Origin: Erysipelotrichaceae bacterium
GTDB taxonomy: Bacteria; Bacillota_I; Bacilli_A; Erysipelotrichales; Erysipelotrichaceae
NCBI GenBank assembly: GCA_017431225.1
Contig: JAFRLM010000010.1
Location: forward strand, 6,342 to 70,341
DNA: 64,000 bases
Direction: 5' to 3'
Of the stretch, positions 44,544-53,130 are shown piece by piece. The translations under genes and the position numbers were made by a program. The notes beneath the pieces are model-generated. The model worked only from the letters and a program-made list of their open reading frames with translations, searched no databases and was not told the origin of the DNA. Each line of letters begins with the position of its first letter. Positions within the stretch are counted from its first letter, which is position 1.

Positions 44544-45985
44544 CCGCTTGTCAGCCAGTCGTACATTTCCTGGTACTTTAAGGCAGAAGCCTTCCAGGAG
44601 AAATCGGCCTTCATCGCCTGTTCGACGATCTTGTTCCAGTCGCGTTTGTGATCGTAATAGATCTGTTCCGCATAGCGGATCGTATTCATCATTTCGTGAG
44701 CGTTGTAGTTCGCGAACGAGAAGCCTGTGCCTTCCTTCGTATATTCGTTATACGGTTGGACACTGTCACGCAGACCGCCGGTCTCACGGACGATCGGCAG
44801 TGTGCCGTAACGCAGGGACATCATCTGGCTCAGTCCGCACGGTTCGAAGAGCGACGGCATCAGGAACGCGTCAGATGCGGCGTAGATCTTGTGGGAAAGC
44901 TCTTCCGAATACGTGATATGGGCTGAACACTTGTCATGATATTGATAATCGAAATAACGGAACATATCCTCATAACGGCCTTCGCCGGTACCGAGGATAA
45001 CGAACTGGACATTGTCTGTTGCCAGGATCTCTTCCATGACACGGGCGATCAGGTCGAAGCCCTTCTGATCTGTTAATCTTGAAACGATCCCGATCATCAT
45101 CGCTTTCTTATCGACAGGGAGACCAAGTTCTTCCTGTAAAGCGGTCTTGTTGAGGATCTTTTCTTTACGGAAGTTCTCGACATCAAAGGCGTACGGAATA
45201 CACGGATCGTTTGCCGGGTCAAAGACCTCGGTATCGATACCGTTCAGGATGCCGCGAAGATCGTTTTTGCGCAGACGCAGCAGACCGTCAAGTCCTTCCC
45301 CGTAGAAAGGATTCTGGATCTCTTCGGCATAGCTCGGGGAGACGGTCGTGATCGCGTCGGCATAGACGAGACCGCCCTTGAGCAGATTGGCGTCATTATA
45401 ATATTCCAGAGCTCCGGAATAGAAGCAGCGTTTCGGCAGACCGGTGATCGATTTTGTCTCTTCTAGATTCCAGCGTCCCTGGAACTTCAGGTTATGGATC
45501 GTCATGACTGTCTTGATCCCCTGATAGAACGGGTTATCCTGGAACATTTCATTCAGGTAGACCGGTACGAGTCCGCTCTGCCAGTCGTGGCAGTGAATGA
45601 CATCCGGACGGAACTGCAGGGTCTCCAGCGCGGAAAGCGCGGCTTTGGAGAAGAACGCGAAACGGCGGATCTCAAAACGGGTGTCATCGCTGTACAGGAA
45701 CGGCGTATTGAATAGTTCCTCGTCATCAATGAAGTAATACGTAACACCGTCATACTCGGCGCGGAACAGACCGACATACATTTCCCGCCAGTCGAAGGAC
45801 ATCTGGAAGTTACCGATGTATTCCAGTTTCTCCGACTGTTTCAGGCAGCCGTATTTCGGCATGATCACGCGGACGTCAAAATACTCCTTATCGATCGCCT
45901 TCGGTAAAGAACCGGCGACGTCGGCCAGACCGCCGGTCTTGGCAAAAGGAGTCGCTTCTGAAGCTACATAAAGTATATTTTTCAT
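44537..45985 (-). CDS. glgA: Glycogen (starch) synthase
   Basis: Start at MKNILYVASEATPFAKTGGLADV (KTGGL motif). GT5/GT1 body. AGGAAGGTGA SD. Confidence 0.92.
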   Translation of the reverse strand: MKNILYVASEATPFAKTGGLADVAGSLPKAIDKEYFDVRVIMPKYGCLKQSEKLEYIGNFQMSFDWREMYVGLFRAEYDGVTYYFIDDEELFNTPFLYSDDTRFEIRRFAFFSKAALSALETLQFRPDVIHCHDWQSGLVPVYLNEMFQDNPFYQGIKTVMTIHNLKFQGRWNLEETKSITGLPKRCFYSGALEYYNDANLLKGGLVYADAITTVSPSYAEEIQNPFYGEGLDGLLRLRKNDLRGILNGIDTEVFDPANDPCIPYAFDVENFRKEKILNKTALQEELGLPVDKKAMMIGIVSRLTDQKGFDLIARVMEEILATDNVQFVILGTGEGRYEDMFRYFDYQYHDKCSAHITYSEELSHKIYAASDAFLMPSLFEPCGLSQMMSLRYGTLPIVRETGGLRDSVQPYNEYTKEGTGFSFANYNAHEMMNTIRYAEQIYYDHKRDWNKIVEQAMKADFSWKASALKYQEMYDWLTSGQ

Positions 45986-46086
45986 AGAAATCACCTTCCT
46001 CTTCAAGTATAACAAGTTGCAGGGCGGAAAAAACATCATTTATCCGCTTTATTTTTCAGATCGATTAATGTAATATATAAAAAGAC

Positions 46087-46160
46087 GCCGCCATAGTATA
46101 GTGGCAATACGCATCCATGGTAAGGATGAATCCCGTGTCCGATTCACGGTGGCGGCACCA
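46087..46160 (+). tRNA. tRNA-Thr (anticodon GGT), 74 nt, encoded CCA, atypical T-loop
   Basis: Acceptor GCCGCCA/TGGCGGC, anticodon stem CATCC/GGATG, loop ATGGTAA, T-arm CCGTG-TCCGATT-CACGG (C at the position normally U55). Confidence 0.8.
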
Positions 46161-46171
46161 TCTGAGAATCC

Positions 46172-46197
46172 CCTTCCGCGAGGAAGGTTTTCTTTTT
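46172..46197 (+). terminator. Terminator after tRNA-Thr
   Basis: CCTTCC-GCGA-GGAAGG followed by TTTTCTTTTT. Confidence 0.8.
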
Positions 46198-46239
46198 CCT
46201 GAATGCGTTATTCCAGGCCTGTTAGTGTAGAATGAAAGT

Positions 46240-47427
46240 ATGACAAGAATCATTTTAAAAAGATATGAGGGACGCACAGTCCGCGACGGCGGTCTGTGGG
46301 TCTATGACAATGAGATCGACCGGACCGAGGGAGAATACAAGAACGGCGATATCGTCGACGTTTATTCCTATAAAGAGGATTTTATCGGCCGAGGGTATAT
46401 CAACGATCATTCCAAGATCCGGATCCGCCTGCTGAGCCGCGATCCGGAAGAAACGATCGACCGGGAATTCTTCAAAAAACGTGTGCGGGACGCCTGGGAT
46501 TACCGGAAAAGCGTCGTTGAGACGGACTGCTGCCGTGTCGTTTTCTCGGACTCCGACCGTCTGCCCGGTCTGATCGTGGATAAATTCGAGGATGTGCTGG
46601 TCTTTGAGATCGATACCCTGGGCATGGATGTCCGTAAAGAGATGCTGGTGGATGTCGTCAAAGAGGTCTTTGCCGAAGACGGACTGCCGCTGCGCGGGAT
46701 CTATGAACGCAGTGACGCGAAAGTCCGCACTCTCGAAGGTCTTGAGAGAGTCAAGGGTTTTCTCAGCGACCCCTTCCCGACGGTGATCCCGGTCAAAGAA
46801 AACGGTGTGAAACTGCAGGTCAATGTCGCTGAGGGACAGAAGACGGGTTATTTCCTCGATCAGAAATACAACCATCTCGCGATCCGCCGCTTATGCACCG
46901 GCAAGAGCGTGCTTGACTGCTGCACCCACACCGGCGGTTTCGCCCTGAGCGCGGCCGTGACCGCTTCCGAAGTCACCGGCATCGACGCTTCCGAACTGGC
47001 GATCGAACAGGCAAGAGTCAACAGCGAGCTCAACGGTTTCAACAACACCCGCTTTGAAGTCGCCGATGTATTCGATTATCTGGTTGAAAAACAGAAGGAA
47101 GGCAGACTGTACGATGTGATCATCCTCGATCCGCCGGCTTTCACCAAATCCAAGAACTCACTGAAGAATGCCGTAAAAGGCTATAAGGAGATCAACTACC
47201 GGGCGATGAAGCTGCTGAAACCGGGCGGGTATCTGATCACCTGCTCCTGCAGCGAGTATATGGAGCGCAGCCACTTCCTGAGCATCCTGCTCAACGCGGC
47301 CAACGATGCCCATAAACGTCTGCGTCTCGTCGAGAACCGGGCCCAGTCACCGGATCATCCGGTCATTCTCGGCAACAATGTTTCCGATTATCTGAAATGT
47401 GTCATTTTGCAGGTAAATGACCGTTAA
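46240..47427 (+). CDS. rlmI: 23S rRNA m5C methyltransferase RlmI-like (PUA plus class I SAM methyltransferase)
   Basis: N-terminal PUA-like LKRYEGRTVRDGGLWVYDNEI, LDCCTHTGGFALSAA, ILDPPAFTKS. Confidence 0.85.
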   Translation: MTRIILKRYEGRTVRDGGLWVYDNEIDRTEGEYKNGDIVDVYSYKEDFIGRGYINDHSKIRIRLLSRDPEETIDREFFKKRVRDAWDYRKSVVETDCCRVVFSDSDRLPGLIVDKFEDVLVFEIDTLGMDVRKEMLVDVVKEVFAEDGLPLRGIYERSDAKVRTLEGLERVKGFLSDPFPTVIPVKENGVKLQVNVAEGQKTGYFLDQKYNHLAIRRLCTGKSVLDCCTHTGGFALSAAVTASEVTGIDASELAIEQARVNSELNGFNNTRFEVADVFDYLVEKQKEGRLYDVIILDPPAFTKSKNSLKNAVKGYKEINYRAMKLLKPGGYLITCSCSEYMERSHFLSILLNAANDAHKRLRLVENRAQSPDHPVILGNNVSDYLKCVILQVNDR

Positions 47428-47445
47428 ATACAAAGGAGCACAACA

Positions 47446-47868
47446 ATGGAAATTGAAAATCTCAGTCAACTGAACGATCACGAACTTCTGATGGAACTCA
47501 TCAACGAACAGCGCGACCGCAAGAAAAAAGAAACGATCCGGACCATCCTGATCATCGTCATCCTGCTTGCTGTAGGAGCATTCGTCTGGTATCAGATCCA
47601 TCAGCTATTGGCCATGATCGAGACCGTCCGGGCGCCGCTCGAGACGATGTCCGCCACGATCGACCAGTATGCCGCTGCCTTCGGCGACTTTGATTTCAAA
47701 TCGATCGAGACGATCGCCGACGCTTTCAAGGGATTCGATCCGAAGGTCCTTGAAGATCTCAGTGAGACCTTCAAGCAGTTCGATCCCAAGACGCTTGAAA
47801 CGATGACCAAGGATATCAACGACATCATGAAGGTCCTTGATCAGTTCAAGAAGATCTTCGGAATGTGA
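47446..47868 (+). CDS. Hypothetical single-pass membrane protein (140 aa) with short internal repeats
   Basis: TM IRTILIIVILLAVGAFVWY. Repeated F(K)xFDPK(V/T)LE segments. AAAGGAG SD 8 nt upstream. Confidence 0.6.
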   Translation: MEIENLSQLNDHELLMELINEQRDRKKKETIRTILIIVILLAVGAFVWYQIHQLLAMIETVRAPLETMSATIDQYAAAFGDFDFKSIETIADAFKGFDPKVLEDLSETFKQFDPKTLETMTKDINDIMKVLDQFKKIFGM

Positions 47869-47894
47869 TCTCCCCTGCTCTATCCTGGATCAAT

Positions 47895-47950
47895 AAAAAA
47901 AACACAGCCGGTAAATCTGTGCAGCAGAGTTTACTGAGCTGTGTTTTTCT
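47895..47950. terminator. Long bidirectional terminator hairpin
   Basis: AAAAAAAACACAGC ... GCTGTGTTTTTCTTT with an imperfect inner stem. Confidence 0.7.
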
Positions 47951-48586
47951 TTATGAGATCTTTTTGTAGATATAGTTGCCGATCATCTGGATCGCCTGGA
48001 CCAGAATGATCAGGATCACGGAACAGATGAACAGATAGTCGCTGTGGTAACCCTGGTAGCCATAGCGGATCGCGATATCACCGACACCGCCGCCGCCGAC
48101 CGTACCGGCCATTGCCGAATAACCGACGAGCGAGATAATGAGCAGGATCACACCGTTCAGCATGCGCGGGATCGATTCCTTGATATAGACACGGAAGAGG
48201 ATCTGCCAGTCGGAAGCGCCGAAGGAACGGGCAGCTTCAATGACACCGGGGTCCGTCTCCCGCAGGCTCGTCTCAAACACACGGGCGATATACGGGATCG
48301 CCGAGACCGTCAGCGGAACGATCGCGGCTGTTGTGCCGATCGATTTGCCGACGATCATACGGGTAAAGGGAATGATCAGAACGAGCAGGATGATGAACGG
48401 GAAGCTGCGGAAGATATTGACGATCAGGCTCAGAGTTTCATAGACCGCCTTGTTCGGGCGCAGTCCGTCCGGCGCTGTCAGGGTCAGGATGATCGCCGGG
48501 ATAAAGCCCAGGACGACCGAGAACAGCGTGGAAAAGAAGACCATATAGACCGTCTGTTTCGTTGCGTTTAAAATGATCTGAAGCAT
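47951..48586 (-). CDS. metI: Methionine ABC transporter permease
   Basis: 211 aa, 5 TM segments. EAA-loop-like ...EAARSFGASDWQILFRVYIKES. Confidence 0.9.
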   Translation of the reverse strand: MLQIILNATKQTVYMVFFSTLFSVVLGFIPAIILTLTAPDGLRPNKAVYETLSLIVNIFRSFPFIILLVLIIPFTRMIVGKSIGTTAAIVPLTVSAIPYIARVFETSLRETDPGVIEAARSFGASDWQILFRVYIKESIPRMLNGVILLIISLVGYSAMAGTVGGGGVGDIAIRYGYQGYHSDYLFICSVILIILVQAIQMIGNYIYKKIS

Positions 48587-49552
48587 TTACAGCACCTCCC
48601 AGGAAACTTTCTTCCCGTCAAGATAGGAACAGACACGTTCCTTGTCTTCCTCGCGCACATTGATGATCAGGCTGCCGAAGACATTCGAACGGAAGTCTTC
48701 AAGCTTTGCCCAGCAGATCGAGAAATTCGTACCGAGTTCTCTCGCCATCAGAGTAATGATCGGTTCGTCAGAGCTTTCATCCGTAAAGAACAGCTGGATG
48801 TTGACGCCTTCGGAAGGAAGCAGTCCGCTTTCCTCCTGCAGGAAGCTCTTGATCTCCTTGATCGGTTTGACAAAGAGTTCTTCCGGTTTGCCTTCCGCCA
48901 GGACTTTGCCATCCTTCAGGAAAGCGACCCGTTCACAGATCTGTTTGACAACTTCCATCTGATGGGTGACGACGACGATGGTGATGCCCATCTTGCGGTT
49001 GATGTCCTGAAGCAGCGCCAGGATGCCCTTCGTGATCTCCGGGTCAAGCGCGGACGTCGCTTCATCACACAGTAGGATCTGCGGATCAAGCACCAGTGCC
49101 CGCGCGATCGCGACACGCTGCTGCTGACCGCCCGAGAGCTCGCGCGGACGGGCTTTCTTCTTTTCCGTCAGACCAACGAGTTCGATCAGGGAATCGATCT
49201 TCTGCTTCGCTTCCGGGGATTTCGGATCGATGCCCCAGAAACGCAGCGGAAGCGCGATGTTGTCGTATACATTGAGCCTTGAGAGCAGGTTGAAATTCTG
49301 GAAGATCATGCCAATATGCTTCTGCAGGTGGCGGAGACCTTCTTTATCGTCTGTCGATACTTTAACACCGTCGACCAGGATCTCCCCGCCATTATACGTT
49401 TCAAGACCGTTGATGCATCTCAACAGGGTGGATTTTCCGGCTCCGCTCTGGCCGATGATCCCGTAGATCTCATGATCCTTGATATCGATCGAGATCCCCT
49501 TCAGCACCTCGAGATCGCCAAAGTCTTTTTTAACATTTTTCAATTCAATCAT
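48587..49552 (-). CDS. metN: Methionine ABC transporter ATP-binding protein with C-terminal NIL domain
   Basis: Start at MIELKNVKKDF after GGAGG. GQSGAGKST, LSGGQQQRVAIARAL, LLCDEATSALD. Confidence 0.93.
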   Translation of the reverse strand: MIELKNVKKDFGDLEVLKGISIDIKDHEIYGIIGQSGAGKSTLLRCINGLETYNGGEILVDGVKVSTDDKEGLRHLQKHIGMIFQNFNLLSRLNVYDNIALPLRFWGIDPKSPEAKQKIDSLIELVGLTEKKKARPRELSGGQQQRVAIARALVLDPQILLCDEATSALDPEITKGILALLQDINRKMGITIVVVTHQMEVVKQICERVAFLKDGKVLAEGKPEELFVKPIKEIKSFLQEESGLLPSEGVNIQLFFTDESSDEPIITLMARELGTNFSICWAKLEDFRSNVFGSLIINVREEDKERVCSYLDGKKVSWEVL

Positions 49553-49573
49553 ATTGTTGCCTCCAAACATGAA

Positions 49574-49598
49574 ACAGCGGTACTTGCGGTACCGCTGT
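49574..49598 (-). promoter_or_regulatory. Intra-operon stem-loop between metQ and metN
   Basis: ACAGCGGTAC-loop-GTACCGCTGT, 10-bp perfect stem, weak U-tract. Confidence 0.45.
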
Positions 49599-49603
49599 AC
49601 AGA

Positions 49604-50509
49604 TTAACCGTTGATCTCGCTGATCGCTTCCGGATCTGTCGGAGCGTTCTCCAGCAGGCCCAGTGCATTCAGGAAGTCGATCGCACGTGCGTAGTTATCG
49701 GTATCGTTCGGAACACCGATGGACGCGCCGTCCGGGATATCTGCCAGAGAAGTGATGCTTGCGGAGTAGACGCCCATCGGTTCGATATGGACACCGACTG
49801 CGGCGACGAGGTGCAGGCCTCTCTCTTCGTTCTGGTTGTTCAGGTAGCCGAGCGTCTGGAAGTAGTTGGCATCGAGTTCGCCTTCTTCAAGAGATGTGTT
49901 CGGCAGGACATAGTCTGCGAATTCGACAACTTCGAGAGTCCATCCCTTTGCTTCAAGAGTGGGCTTGACGATGTTGTTGAGGATCTCGGCATGCGGTACT
50001 AAAGTCGCGCCGACGCGGATCGTTGTATCGTCTCCGCTGGCTTCCGGGATCTCACCGGCTGTAACGGCTTTGCCTTCCGCGTCAACGAAGGAAGTGATGA
50101 CAGCGCCCTTATAGGTTCCTTCGATATAGGTAGCAACATCCGGGGAAACGATCGCTGCGACGAGCGCCTGGATCTTCGGGGAATCTTCGTTGCCTTCCTT
50201 GACTGCGAGGTAGTTCGTACGTCTTACACTGCTTTCCGCATCGAATTCTTCGATCGCGATAGCCGGGTTCGTTTCATTGAGCTTTGCTTCAAGAGCGTAG
50301 TTGCCGTTGATGACAGCGACGCCGAGGTCTTTCAGGTTAAGCGGCAGGTTTGCGGCTTCGATCGGAACGATCTCAAAACTATGCGGGTTGACGGAGTTGA
50401 CTGTTTCTTCTCCGCTGCTTGTCGGGGTCGGTGCCGGTGTTCCGGAATTGCATCCGAACAGGGCGATAAGAAGTAATGCGGCGATTAATGTTCTGATTGT
50501 CTTTTTCAT
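49604..50509 (-). CDS. metQ: MetQ/NlpA family methionine-binding lipoprotein
   Basis: MKKTIRTLIAALLLIALFGCNSG lipobox. NlpA-type body. Confidence 0.9.
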   Translation of the reverse strand: MKKTIRTLIAALLLIALFGCNSGTPAPTPTSSGEETVNSVNPHSFEIVPIEAANLPLNLKDLGVAVINGNYALEAKLNETNPAIAIEEFDAESSVRRTNYLAVKEGNEDSPKIQALVAAIVSPDVATYIEGTYKGAVITSFVDAEGKAVTAGEIPEASGDDTTIRVGATLVPHAEILNNIVKPTLEAKGWTLEVVEFADYVLPNTSLEEGELDANYFQTLGYLNNQNEERGLHLVAAVGVHIEPMGVYSASITSLADIPDGASIGVPNDTDNYARAIDFLNALGLLENAPTDPEAISEING

Positions 50510-50566
50510 ACGTTTCTCCTCCTTCTTGAATTTGCTTGAAAAGGAACCACGGGGCGGTCTTTATTT

Positions 50567-50826
50567 AAAAAACCTACACCCCCAACATAAGGGCGTAGGT
50601 CTACGCGTTACCACCTTATTTCAAAATGACCTCACGATCATTTCCTCTTCAAGTACGCTGAATCGATCAGAAATACTCTATTGCGTTAACGGGCACATCC
50701 GGCAGGATCTACGTATCGACCCTGCAGCTCCGAGACCATGTTCACCGAATATTCGTATATCCCTTTTCAGCTTCCGGGACTCTCTGCTATACCAGCCTTC
50801 GGTTACTCTTCTCTTCGTTGCTGTTG
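50567..50826 (-). promoter_or_regulatory. T-box riboswitch leader, Met-specific (specifier AUG at 50737-50739)
   Basis: Minus-strand Stem I elements GAAGAGAAGAGTA, AGAGAG bulge, GCTGAAAA distal loop. Specifier loop TTCGGTGAACATGG. T-box AAUAAGGUGGUAACGCG at 50604-50620. Terminator ACCTACGCCC...GGGGTGTAGGT plus TTTTTT at 50567-50600. Confidence 0.85.
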
Positions 50827-50831
50827 TGTAA

Positions 50832-50860
50832 ATAGTTACATATTTTTGAAAACCTGTCAA
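50832..50860 (-). promoter_or_regulatory. Promoter of the metQNI T-box leader
   Basis: TTGACA, 17 nt, (TGT)AACTAT extended -10. Confidence 0.55.
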
Positions 50861-50870
50861 TACATTATTT

Positions 50871-52367
50871 TCAATTATTTCTTTCTTCCGCTTCCTGTGC
50901 TGCCTGGATCTCCGGGGAAGCCGAATACATCGGCTTAAGATCCTTGCCGTGCAGCACGCGGTCGGTATAGTTGCGGGTGATCGCCAGGACCGTTGCCGCG
51001 CAGCTCAGTACCCCGATCAGGTTGGGGATCGCCATCAGACCATTGAAAGTGTCTGACAGAGCCCAGGCAAGTTTCAGGTCCATCGTTGAACCCAGCAGCA
51101 CGAAAACAACAAAGACGACACGGAAAACGATCGTTGACCGTGTACCGAACAGATATTCAAAGGAGCGCGTGCCGTACTGGCTCCAGCCCAGAACTGTCGA
51201 GAAGGCAAACAGCAGGATCGCGATCGCGATAAAGACCGCGCCGAATCTGCCGAAGACTGTCGAGAACGCTTCCGAGACAAGAGCCGTCTGTTCGAGACTC
51301 GACACCATCGTGCCGGTATTCAGATCGACAGCACCGCTGGTGAGGATCGTCAGTGCTGTCAGCGTGCAGACGATGATCGTATCAGCAAAGACCTCAAAGA
51401 TGCCCCACATGCCCTGAATGACGGGTTCACGGATATTGGAAGCGGAATGCACCATCACCGAGGAACCGAGACCTGCTTCGTTGGAGAAGACACCGCGTTT
51501 CATGCCCCAGGTAACGGCCTGCTTGATCCCGTAGCCGACGATACCGCCGCCGACCGCGCGTGCCGCGAAAGCGCCGCGGAAGATCGAAGCGAAAGCTGCC
51601 GGGATCTGGCCGGCGTGGGCAAAGACAACGATGAAGGCACCGATGATATAGGCGACTGCCATGAAAGGAACGATCTTTTCCGTGACAGCTCCGATACGCT
51701 TGATACCGCCGATGATGACAAGACCCGCCAGGATCATCAGCACAAAACCGGTGATATAGGCCGGTATCCCGAAAACAGTGGTCATATTGGTCGCGATCGT
51801 GTTTACCTGGCTCATATTGCCGATGCCGAAGGCGGCCAGAGTGCAGAAGATACTGAAGAGAACAGCCAGGATCCTGCCGATCAGCTTGCAGCCTTTCTTA
51901 GATCCCAGTCCGTCTGAAAGATAATACATGGCGCCGCCGCACCATTCATTCTCTGAGTTTTTACGGCGGTAAAAGATACCGAGGACATTTTCGGAATAAT
52001 TCGTCATCATACCGAAGAAGGAAACGATCCACATCCAGAAGATCGAACCGGGACCGCCGGATACGATCGCTGCGGAAACACCGGCGATATTACCTGTACC
52101 GATCGTCGCCGCCAGGGCTGTGCATAAGCTCTGGAATTGGCTGATCGCCTTATCGTGCTTTTCGGTATGCGCTGTGACATGACGGTCGGTAAATACGGCA
52201 CCGATGGTCTTGGATACCCAGTGCCTGAAATGTGAGATCTGAAAGAACCCGGTCAGGATCGTCATAAGAATGCCGGTACCAACTAAAAGCACCAGCATGG
52301 GCAATCCCCATACAAAGTTACCGACAGCGTCATTGATGCGGCTGATGATCTGAATGAAACCTCCCAT
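50871..52367 (-). CDS. Alanine/glycine:cation symporter (AGCS) family transporter
   Basis: Start at MGGFIQIISRINDAVGNFVWGLPMLVLLVGTGI after GAGGAGAAGG. The ORF-track N-terminal 86 codons overlap the upstream gene and are rejected. Confidence 0.88.
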   Translation of the reverse strand: MGGFIQIISRINDAVGNFVWGLPMLVLLVGTGILMTILTGFFQISHFRHWVSKTIGAVFTDRHVTAHTEKHDKAISQFQSLCTALAATIGTGNIAGVSAAIVSGGPGSIFWMWIVSFFGMMTNYSENVLGIFYRRKNSENEWCGGAMYYLSDGLGSKKGCKLIGRILAVLFSIFCTLAAFGIGNMSQVNTIATNMTTVFGIPAYITGFVLMILAGLVIIGGIKRIGAVTEKIVPFMAVAYIIGAFIVVFAHAGQIPAAFASIFRGAFAARAVGGGIVGYGIKQAVTWGMKRGVFSNEAGLGSSVMVHSASNIREPVIQGMWGIFEVFADTIIVCTLTALTILTSGAVDLNTGTMVSSLEQTALVSEAFSTVFGRFGAVFIAIAILLFAFSTVLGWSQYGTRSFEYLFGTRSTIVFRVVFVVFVLLGSTMDLKLAWALSDTFNGLMAIPNLIGVLSCAATVLAITRNYTDRVLHGKDLKPMYSASPEIQAAQEAEERNN

Positions 52368-52428
52368 AACCTTCTCCTCGTTTTCGTTCAAATTATTGTT
52401 GCATATAGATGTGTTGCTTGTGTGTGAA

Positions 52429-53130
52429 TCACCAATCTGTGGCGATATCGATCTGCCACGGATTTGAGGCCGCGAAGCCGCCGGTATCGAGACAGATACC
52501 TGTTCCCAGAGAAGTCTGCACGATATCAAAGCGGTTGCGGACCGTTCCCGAAACATCGCAGGCGCACATGATATAGGAGCCGTACATCTTGACACCGTCT
52601 TCACGGATCCAGTACTCCCCTTCAATGCCGCCCCGCTGGGCAGTCGCGATCACCCCGGACATATCCATGTTGTAGTAGCTTTCTTTGCCGGAAGGACCGT
52701 TGATGACGCCGGCGCTTTTCGTCAGCGGCGCGCCGTCCCAGGCGCTTGTCGGTGCCTGATAGGTCGGCTTCACGATCTTGCGGCGGACATCGATCTCCTT
52801 GGTGACCTCGGAGAAACAGCCGTCCTCATCGATCACGGCGATCGTGACATAATGGGTTCCCGCCTCTTCGGTCGAAAGGCCGTCACCGCTCATCAGCACC
52901 GTCGCGCCGATCAGGTCACGCTCCTTGTAGTCGAGCAGAGACATGTAATCGATCTCGTCCCCGACATAGCAGCTGTAGACTCCTTCTTCCGCCGTTTTGG
53001 CGGTATAGTGATGCTTCTTTACGACGACTGTGGCAGGAGTCACTGCCGGTTTCTCCTCGGCCGGCGGAGGCGTCTCTGCGGCGCAGCCACATAAAAGAAG
53101 CAGACAGAATATAAGTGTTACTTTACGCAT
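52429..53130 (-). CDS. Lipoprotein with Ig-like middle domain and C-terminal 3D/RlpA-like (DPBB) domain, putative peptidoglycan-active protein
   Basis: MRKVTLIFCLLLLCGCAAE lipobox. C-terminal ...YYNMDMSGV...GTGICLDTGGFAASNPWQIDIATDW resembles 3D-domain proteins. The family call is tentative. Confidence 0.6.
   Translation of the reverse strand: MRKVTLIFCLLLLCGCAAETPPPAEEKPAVTPATVVVKKHHYTAKTAEEGVYSCYVGDEIDYMSLLDYKERDLIGATVLMSGDGLSTEEAGTHYVTIAVIDEDGCFSEVTKEIDVRRKIVKPTYQAPTSAWDGAPLTKSAGVINGPSGKESYYNMDMSGVIATAQRGGIEGEYWIREDGVKMYGSYIMCACDVSGTVRNRFDIVQTSLGTGICLDTGGFAASNPWQIDIATDW

Noticed and set aside
23549-46160. tRNA-flanked genomic island or integrated element between tRNA-His, tRNA-Leu and tRNA-Thr
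   Set aside because: I noticed no integrase, recombinase, phage or conjugation genes, and no direct repeat of a tRNA 3' end downstream of any of the three tRNAs. The gene content is ordinary metabolism and transport.
50737-50740. His (CAU) as the T-box specifier codon
   Set aside because: The antiterminator bulge UGGU predicts discriminator base A, whereas the tRNA-His in this window has C73. The cargo genes are metQNI.
52368-52625. N-terminal 86-codon extension of the AGCS symporter ORF
   Set aside because: It overlaps the upstream lipoprotein gene in another frame. The family-typical N-terminus with a good SD starts at 52367.
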